Of a DNA stretch of 64,000 nucleotides, positions 57,983 to 64,000 are shown one piece after another. The notes under the pieces are model-generated. The model saw only the letters and a program-made list of their open reading frames with translations. It was not told the DNA's origin and searched no databases. How positions within the stretch are numbered: the stretch's first letter is position 1; the number at the start of each line of letters is the position of its first letter. The stretch spans positions 62,934 through 126,933 of the forward strand of contig CAWGEQ010000034.1 of assembly GCA_963821645.1 (NCBI GenBank), in the 5' to 3' direction. Origin of the DNA: an uncultured delta proteobacterium. GTDB lineage: Bacteria; Desulfobacterota; RBG-13-43-22. Both the position numbers and the translations under genes were made by a program.

Positions 57983-58835
57983 TGTCGAAGACTGGTATCA
58001 TATCAATTTCCCCCTGGTCGACTTTACTGTCTTTGATCGGCAAGAAGATCATCAGGCCCTGTTCGATCACACCAAGAAACTAACCGAGTATTGTAAAACC
58101 AATCGCCTCCGGGGGACCTTTTTTGTTTTGGGGCGTTTACTCCAAAAAAGACCGGAGATCGGCGAATGGATCGTGGAACAAGGTCAGGAACTGGCCCTTC
58201 ATGGCTTTGAACATGATTTATTGACCGGCAAAAAACCGGATCAATTCAAACAGGAATTGGAGAAATCCCTTCAGGTCTTTCGACAAATCACCGGTGCCTA
58301 TCCTTTAGGCTTTCGGGCCCCTTCCTGGTCTATTAATGAGGCCAACCTCTGGGTCCTGGAAATCCTGGAGTCTTTTGGCTTTACTTACGACTCCTCGATT
58401 TTTCCCATCAAATTCTTTCTCTACGGTCTCCCGACCGCGCCGGCCGAGCCCTTCTATCCCCTGATTCGGGGAAGGCAATTAAACCTTCTGGAAATCCCGG
58501 TTTCTGTCTTCAGGATGGGACCAAGACGGATTGCCTACTCGGGCGGGGTTTATTTCAACCTCTGGCCATTTAAAGTGATCCAAAAAATAGGGAAAAGACA
58601 AAGCCGCTTGAACGATTTCAACCTTTTTTATTTCCATCCCTGGGACCTCTGGAAACGGTCTTCGGAACAAATCCGGCAATTGAAGGCCCGTTGGGTGGGT
58701 CTGCATCTGGGAAATACTCTCCGGAAATTTGAAAGGCTTCTCGATGCCTTTCCGATGGACGGTATCTCGGCTCATCTTGCTTCCCTTAAGGACCGGGCCA
58801 AGCCAGCCCATCTTGGATCTTCTCATGAAGCGTGA
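57963..58835 (+). CDS. polysaccharide deacetylase-family protein (ArnD/LgmC-like)
   Basis: 'LLTFDVEDWYH' N-terminal motif (Asp-Asp metal site of the NodB fold), and later 'HGFEH'. Confidence 0.7.
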   Translation: MNLLTFDVEDWYHINFPLVDFTVFDRQEDHQALFDHTKKLTEYCKTNRLRGTFFVLGRLLQKRPEIGEWIVEQGQELALHGFEHDLLTGKKPDQFKQELEKSLQVFRQITGAYPLGFRAPSWSINEANLWVLEILESFGFTYDSSIFPIKFFLYGLPTAPAEPFYPLIRGRQLNLLEIPVSVFRMGPRRIAYSGGVYFNLWPFKVIQKIGKRQSRLNDFNLFYFHPWDLWKRSSEQIRQLKARWVGLHLGNTLRKFERLLDAFPMDGISAHLASLKDRAKPAHLGSSHEA

Positions 58836-60288
58836 AAGCGATCTTTTTTACTTCAAGGCCTTTGGCGGATTATTACTTCTCCATTTCCTGATCTGGTTTT
58901 CCCTGGGTATGGCCTTAGACCTTCATCCCGATGAGGCCGACCACTGGGTCTGGTCCCAGTATCTGTCCTGGGGATATTATGAACATCCTCCCATGGTAGC
59001 CTGGGCCATTCGCTTCTTCACGGCTTTTTTAGGCAATAATCAGTGGGCCCTGGAAATAGGTTCCCAAGTCATTACCCTGCTTTCTTTCCTGGGGGTTTTC
59101 CTTCTGGCCAGAAAGGCCTTTGAGGCCAGGACGGCCTTCTTAAGCGTCCTGTGCCTGGAAGCCACCCCCTTGTTTACCGTGGGCAGCATGATCTTTATCA
59201 TCGATACCGTCCTTATCTTGTTTTATCTCTGGGCTGCCCTGGGATTTTGGAAGGGTTATGAGCAGGGGGACAAAAAATTTTATTACTGGGCCGGGCTGGC
59301 CCTGGGGCTGGCCTTACAATCCAAGGTAACGGCCGTCCTTTTCCCTTTTTCCGGTCTGCTCTTTTTGCTGGTTTCCAGGGAAAGAAGGAAAATCTTTAGG
59401 GACCCTCATTTATATCTGGCCCTGATAGTGGGCCTGGCGATCTTCTCTCCTTTTATTTACTGGAATATGACCCATGGATGGATCTCCATCCAGGGCCAAT
59501 TGGAAAAAGGGCTGACCGGCGGAAAGAATTGGAACCAGGTGTTCGGATTCTGGTTTGGACAACCGTTAATCGTCGGCCCGGTACTCTTTTTCTTTTTCCT
59601 GAAAGGCCTTTGGGCCGGCATAAAAAAATTCAAACAAGAGGCCCGTTTTTCTTATCTGGTTTTATTGACCCTTGTTCCTGTTTTGGTTTTTGGGCTGGCG
59701 GCCTTTAGAGGAAAATATTCCGATCCTACCTGGACCGATATAGGCTGGCCCTTTGGGGCTATCTTGGCGGGAAAATATTTTTCGGATCGGCTATCCAAAG
59801 AATCGACCAGGAAGGCGCTTTTGGCCGGGGGTCTTATTTTTGTCACTTCCTGGCTACCGATCGGTCTGATAGCCATCCATTCCCTTCACCCCTTCCTTCC
59901 GGTGGGCAATCAACATGATCGTACCCTGGAGATGTGGGGCTGGCGTCAATTGGGACCGGCGGTCGGGAAAGAATATGAGCGCTATTTTCCGGACCGGCCC
60001 AGGGTATTTGTCATTACCGATGAATATCAATTAGCCGGAGCCGTTTCTTTTTATACCCCACAGCACCCGATCCCCTACACCTTTGCTAAAGCAAAAAGAA
60101 ACATCTGGGTCTCCCTTGACGAATTAAAACAAAAAGGGGCCTTGTTGGTCTGCACCCCTGAAAGTTGTATGCAGGATCAGGACAAAACCCGTACTCTTTT
60201 TAAAAGGGTGGAACTCATTTCGGAGATTCCCATCATCAGGCAAGGGCAGGTGGTAAAAAAATTCAAGGTCTATTATTGTTCCAATTAA
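58825..60288 (+). CDS. GT39/GT83-family (ArnT/PMT-like) membrane glycosyltransferase
   Basis: Multi-TM N-terminus with 'DEADHWVWSQYLSWGYYEHPPMVAWAI' (the DE-motif of GT-C ArnT-like enzymes) and a C-terminal soluble domain. The start is probably the ATG at 58825, overlapping the deacetylase stop. Confidence 0.7.
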   Translation: MKRESDLFYFKAFGGLLLLHFLIWFSLGMALDLHPDEADHWVWSQYLSWGYYEHPPMVAWAIRFFTAFLGNNQWALEIGSQVITLLSFLGVFLLARKAFEARTAFLSVLCLEATPLFTVGSMIFIIDTVLILFYLWAALGFWKGYEQGDKKFYYWAGLALGLALQSKVTAVLFPFSGLLFLLVSRERRKIFRDPHLYLALIVGLAIFSPFIYWNMTHGWISIQGQLEKGLTGGKNWNQVFGFWFGQPLIVGPVLFFFFLKGLWAGIKKFKQEARFSYLVLLTLVPVLVFGLAAFRGKYSDPTWTDIGWPFGAILAGKYFSDRLSKESTRKALLAGGLIFVTSWLPIGLIAIHSLHPFLPVGNQHDRTLEMWGWRQLGPAVGKEYERYFPDRPRVFVITDEYQLAGAVSFYTPQHPIPYTFAKAKRNIWVSLDELKQKGALLVCTPESCMQDQDKTRTLFKRVELISEIPIIRQGQVVKKFKVYYCSN

Positions 60289-60292
60289 TCCG

Positions 60293-61465
60293 ATGAGAAT
60301 CATTTCCAAATATATCCTAAAAGAAATCATGGCTCCCTTTGGGGTTACCGTCCTGGTCTTTACTCTGATTTTCCTGATCGGTAATTTAATGCAGTTGATT
60401 GAAATGATCGTCCAGAAGGGGGTGAGTCTCTGGGACATTGTCCGCTTGTTGGGGTACACCCTACCCTTTCTTTTTGTTTACATCATCCCCATGGCCTTTT
60501 TTATCTCCATTCTGCTGGGGTTTTTAAGGTTGTCCAGTGATAACGAAGTAACGGCCCTGAAGGCTTCCGGAGTGGGCTTTTTTCAGCTCCTCCCCCCGGT
60601 CTTTACCTTGAGTCTGGCGGCTTATCTGTTGACCAGCTTTATGGCCATGGTCGCCCAACCCTGGGGCGAGCACTCTCTAAAAAGTCTGATCTTTAATATA
60701 GCCGTGGTCCAGGCCAAGGTGACCTTAAAAGAACGGGTGTTCAATGACGACTTTAAGGACCTAATTTTTTATATTCAAAAGGTCAGTTCCGAAGGGCAAA
60801 TGGAGGATGTTTTTATTTACGACCAGCGCCAAAAGGACCTCCCCCAGACCATCCTGGCCAAAAAGGGCTGGTTGATCCCCAATCCCAGGGAACGGTCTCT
60901 CAACCTGCGTTTGGAAAACGGGACCATTTATAATGTGACTCTTAGTTCCAAGAGTGCCCAGAATATTAATTTTAAGACCTACGATCTGATATTGCCTTTA
61001 GAACAGATGATTTCGGCCCAGGAAAAAAGAGAAAAATCAGAGACGGAATTGTATCTTCATGAATTAAAAGAAAAGATCCGGCAGACTTCTCCGGGAGAGA
61101 AAAAATATAATGTGTATCAAATAGAATACTACAAAAAATTCAGCCTTCCCTTTGCCTGTCTGGTGTTTGGCATGATCGCCTTTCCCTTGGGTCTGCAATC
61201 CCGCTTGTCTGGAAGGTCCTGGGCCGTGATTTTTGGAGGGGCCGTTTTCCTCATTTACTACCTGATCCTGTCTTTGGCCTTCAGTCTGGGGGAAAAGGGG
61301 AGCTTGAAACCTATAATCGGTTTATGGCTTCCCAATATTATTGTCGGGGGTATGGGCGGATATATGTTCTGGATTACCTGGAAGGAAAAAGAAAGTCGCT
61401 GGTTGACGGGGCTTAAGAACTTGGTTGACTGGATAAAGGATCTGGGGAAGAAAGGCCCAACGTAA
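60293..61465 (+). CDS. LPS export ABC permease LptF/LptG family
   Basis: 'MRIISKYILKEIMAPFGVTVLVFTLIFLIGNLM' is the canonical YjgP/YjgQ start. Three TM helices, a periplasmic beta-jellyroll, then three TM helices. Confidence 0.85.
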   Translation: MRIISKYILKEIMAPFGVTVLVFTLIFLIGNLMQLIEMIVQKGVSLWDIVRLLGYTLPFLFVYIIPMAFFISILLGFLRLSSDNEVTALKASGVGFFQLLPPVFTLSLAAYLLTSFMAMVAQPWGEHSLKSLIFNIAVVQAKVTLKERVFNDDFKDLIFYIQKVSSEGQMEDVFIYDQRQKDLPQTILAKKGWLIPNPRERSLNLRLENGTIYNVTLSSKSAQNINFKTYDLILPLEQMISAQEKREKSETELYLHELKEKIRQTSPGEKKYNVYQIEYYKKFSLPFACLVFGMIAFPLGLQSRLSGRSWAVIFGGAVFLIYYLILSLAFSLGEKGSLKPIIGLWLPNIIVGGMGGYMFWITWKEKESRWLTGLKNLVDWIKDLGKKGPT

Positions 61466-61515
61466 CTTCATAAATGACGACATTTTACGAAGCCATCAAA
61501 TAAGATAGGCATTCA

Positions 61516-62586
61516 ATGGCCACAACTTCCTGGAAAAAACAAGCCTTGTTTCCCCTAATCTGGTTTGGGTCAATCCTATATGGTTTCGGGATTCGTCTTC
61601 GATTGCTGTTGTACCGGTTGCATATCCTGCCGACCCGCAGCCTGCCCCTTAAGGTGATCAGTATCGGCAATCTGGCGGCCGGCGGTACGGGGAAGACCCC
61701 TCATGCGGCCTTGCTGGCCTGCTATTTACAAAAAAAAGGGGTTAGGGTGGCGGTTTTAAGCCGCGGCTACCGGGGAACGAAGATGAAAGAAGGGGCGGTC
61801 ATTTCCGATGGGCGGTCCTTGTTGAGTACCGTCGAGGAAGGAGGGGAAGAGCCTTATTTACTGGCCCAAAAACTGACGGGAATCCCCGTGTTGGTTGGGA
61901 AGGATCGTTATCGTTCGGGATTGGTTTGTTCCCGGAAATGGCAAACCGAATGGGTCGTCTTGGATGACGGCTTTCAACATCTCAACCTAAAACGGGAGAT
62001 CGATATCTTACTCCTGCCGGGCCATCAACCCTTTGGTTCAGGGAAGCTCCTGCCTTGGGGCCTTCTTCGGGAACCGATCGAAGAAATGAAAAGGGCCGAT
62101 ATTATTTTGATTACCCATAGTGAAAGGCTGGACCCGTCCGAACAAAAAGCATTGGCCGAAGAAATTCATTCCCGGACCCCCTCAACCCCGATTTTTTTCT
62201 CCGAACATAAACCGATCATCCTTTGGCGTTATCCGGATAAGAAAGTTCTCCCTCTTTCCTGGTTGGAGGGGAGACGACTTCTGGCCTTTTGCGGACTGGC
62301 CGAACCCAACTCCCTGACCTTCACCCTGAAACAACTCAAGGCCGAACCGGTCAAGCTGGTTCAATTTCCGGATCATCACTTTTATCAGGATAAAGACAAA
62401 AAGTCCCTGGAACACATAAGCCGCACCTCACGGGTCGACCTTTTGGTCACAACTGAAAAGGATGCTTTAAAGTTGGGGAAATGGGAAACGGCCGATTTAC
62501 AGGTCTTGGTCTTAGGAATAGAAGTCGAGATACGGGACTCGACCTTTTGGGATTTGCTGAATCAGAGGATGGGATTAGAGGCATGA
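61516..62586 (+). CDS. lpxK: tetraacyldisaccharide 4'-kinase
   Basis: 'VISIGNLAAGGTGKTP' P-loop, 'VLSRGYRG', 'DDGFQH'. Confidence 0.85.
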   Translation: MATTSWKKQALFPLIWFGSILYGFGIRLRLLLYRLHILPTRSLPLKVISIGNLAAGGTGKTPHAALLACYLQKKGVRVAVLSRGYRGTKMKEGAVISDGRSLLSTVEEGGEEPYLLAQKLTGIPVLVGKDRYRSGLVCSRKWQTEWVVLDDGFQHLNLKREIDILLLPGHQPFGSGKLLPWGLLREPIEEMKRADIILITHSERLDPSEQKALAEEIHSRTPSTPIFFSEHKPIILWRYPDKKVLPLSWLEGRRLLAFCGLAEPNSLTFTLKQLKAEPVKLVQFPDHHFYQDKDKKSLEHISRTSRVDLLVTTEKDALKLGKWETADLQVLVLGIEVEIRDSTFWDLLNQRMGLEA

Positions 62587-63641
62587 GGCAGAAGAAATCG
62601 ATTGGAAGGATAAACAAAATTCTGATAAGGTCTCCCAACTGGGTAGGGGATGCCCTGTTGACTACTCCGGCTGTTCATAGTATAAGAAAACACTTTCCCA
62701 ATTCCCATATTACCGTGTTGGCCAAGCCGTGGGTGGCTTCCCTATTTCAATCCAGCCCGGATGTCGATAATGTGTTGGTTTATCAAAAACCGGGGATTCA
62801 TCAGGGGATGGGGGGGATATGGAGGTTGACCCGGGAATTAAAAGCAGAAGGATTCGACTGCGTAGTCCTTTTTCCCCATTCTTTTGAATCGGCCTGGATT
62901 TCCTTTTTAAGTCGTATCCCTGTTCGTATCGGTTATGCCACGGAAGGACGGGGCCTTTTATTATCTCACCCCCTTGGGTTGACTCAGGGCAGGCAAAAGG
63001 AGCATCAAGTCCCCTTTTTCTTCCATCTCCTGGAACCCCTTGGAATTCATGAAGAGCCTTCGGCTGAAAAAAATTCTCTGGGCCTGCCGATTTCTTTGTC
63101 CGCTAAAAATCAGGCCGAGGCCCGTTTACAATCTTTGGGAATAAGACCTTCCGATTTATTAGTCGCCTTGGCCCCGGGGGCGATTTACGGTTCGGCCAAG
63201 TGCTGGCCTTTTGACCGATTTGAACAATTGGCGGGCCGCCTGAAAAAAAAATGGCAGGCCAAAGTGATCCTTCTCGGCACTGATACCGACACCCTGTCCG
63301 GAAAAATCAAAGAAAGCCCGGCTTACCATAACCTGCTCGGGAAAACCAATTTGGAAGAGGCCTTGGCCTTGATTCAAAGAAGTCAATTGATGATTTGCAA
63401 CGATTCAGGATTGATGCATGGGGCTTCGGCCTTACGGATCCCCTTGGTAGCCCTCTTCGGCTCAACCAATCTTCTGCGGACCGGTCCATGGGGAGGGATC
63501 GGCCGGGTGATCAAAAAAGATTTCCCCTGCAGTCCCTGTCTTAAAAAAGTCTGTCCTGAAACTCCGACCTGCATGGAGGCCATAACCGTCGATGAGGTTT
63601 GGGCAACACTGGTACACATGAGGGAGCAGAACCTGTTTTAA
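62583..63641 (+). CDS. GT9 LPS heptosyltransferase (WaaF/RfaF-like)
   Basis: 'KILIRSPNWVGDALLTTPA' N-terminus and 'GNDSGLMH' near the C-terminus are GT9 signatures. Its ATG overlaps the lpxK stop. Confidence 0.75.
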   Translation: MRQKKSIGRINKILIRSPNWVGDALLTTPAVHSIRKHFPNSHITVLAKPWVASLFQSSPDVDNVLVYQKPGIHQGMGGIWRLTRELKAEGFDCVVLFPHSFESAWISFLSRIPVRIGYATEGRGLLLSHPLGLTQGRQKEHQVPFFFHLLEPLGIHEEPSAEKNSLGLPISLSAKNQAEARLQSLGIRPSDLLVALAPGAIYGSAKCWPFDRFEQLAGRLKKKWQAKVILLGTDTDTLSGKIKESPAYHNLLGKTNLEEALALIQRSQLMICNDSGLMHGASALRIPLVALFGSTNLLRTGPWGGIGRVIKKDFPCSPCLKKVCPETPTCMEAITVDEVWATLVHMREQNLF

Positions 63642-63654
63642 CACGAAAATAACC

Positions 63655-63760
63655 TTTGTCCACCCCCACCTCTATCCTCCCCCCTCCGAGGGGGGTAAGT
63701 TAATTTAGCTCCCTCTCCCCAGGCGGGAGGGTTGGGGTGAGGGGGGGGCAACGATTTTCA
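63655..63760. repeat. GC-rich palindromic element, second family (cctcccccctccgaggggggt … ctccctctccccaggcgggagggttggggtgaggggggg)
   Basis: Read directly from the sequence. It is intergenic between the two GT9 genes. Confidence 0.5.
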
Positions 63761-63788
63761 TGGTTTGTGGCGCTCCATTAGGGCATGA

Positions 63789-64000
63789 TGGTTTAACATG
63801 ATTTTGATGACTTCCCCTTTAAAAAAGCTACCTTTTAATTTGGAAAAAATCCGTAGCATTGCCCTGGTTCAACCGAGCCGGATCGGAGATATCGTCTTCA
63901 GCCTCCCTACCCTCAGCGGACTGCGGCAGATCTTTCCGGAGGCCCGAATATCCTGGCTGGTGGATGAGCGGTGCAAAGAAATAGTGGAGGGCCATCCCGA
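63789..64000 (+). CDS. second GT9 heptosyltransferase (WaaC/RfaC-like), 5' partial at window end
   Basis: 'IRSIALVQPSRIGDIVFSLPTLSGLRQIFPEARISWLVDERCKEIVEGHP' is the GT9 N-terminal pattern. It is truncated by the window edge. Confidence 0.6.

Noticed and set aside
1-64000. search for tRNA, rRNA and CRISPR arrays
   Set aside because: No T-loop-like GGTTCGAATCC-type sequence with tRNA context was seen, and no rRNA-like stretches. The only direct-repeat arrays are heptamers and 27-mers without spacers of CRISPR dimensions.

Overview
This 64 kb window is a chromosomal segment of a diderm (Gram-negative) bacterium. It falls into four parts.

(1) ~1-13.3 kb is an accessory-looking region. It carries three type II toxin-antitoxin pairs (higBA, a PIN toxin followed by a ribbon-helix-helix antitoxin, and vapBC), small redox proteins (an Isf-like iron-sulfur flavoprotein, a flavodoxin and a nitroreductase), and several duplicated gene fragments: an SDR dehydrogenase 3' remnant, a piece of a hypothetical gene and a vapB 3' end copied elsewhere, and a cold-shock-protein N-terminal fragment fused in front of the flavodoxin gene.

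(2) ~11-23 kb is a housekeeping block: tatA, pyrK-pyrD, pgeF/yfiH, a family III CoA-transferase, plsC, RNase J, ftsK and lolA.

(3) ~23-40 kb contains a repeat-rich ('WP-repeat') lipoprotein at the end of a mlaE-mlaF-mlaD operon, whose mlaF and mlaD are broken by about six frameshifts. It is followed by small hydrolases, a methyltransferase, a frameshifted Wzx flippase and a GT2 gene (a polysaccharide cluster remnant), and a long co-directional histidine-kinase/response-regulator operon with TSUP and Usp genes.

(4) ~41-64 kb is a large outer-membrane biogenesis supercluster: lysS, lolC/E, lolD, bamA (with an extra N-terminal domain), skp, lpxD, fabZ, lpxA, lpxI, a Gfo/Idh/MocA oxidoreductase, lpxB, msbA, a frameshifted FemAB-like acyltransferase, an ArnC-like GT2, a DUF2304 protein, an ArnD/LgmC-like deacetylase, an ArnT-like GT39/83 transferase, lptF/G, lpxK, a waaF-like heptosyltransferase and a second partial GT9 gene. 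The four genes between msbA and lptF/G (ArnC-like GT2, DUF2304, deacetylase, ArnT-like transferase) look like a Bordetella lgmABCD-type lipid A amino-sugar modification module embedded in the lpx cluster.

Several genes (pyrK, plsC, mlaD, mlaF, wzx, the FemAB-like gene) carry single-base frameshifts, mostly at homopolymer runs. That pattern suggests an indel-prone assembly, but the dense cluster in mlaF/mlaD could be real decay.

I found no rRNA, tRNA or CRISPR array. Two families of short GC-rich palindromic (REP-like) repeats and several heptanucleotide tandem repeats occur in intergenic regions.
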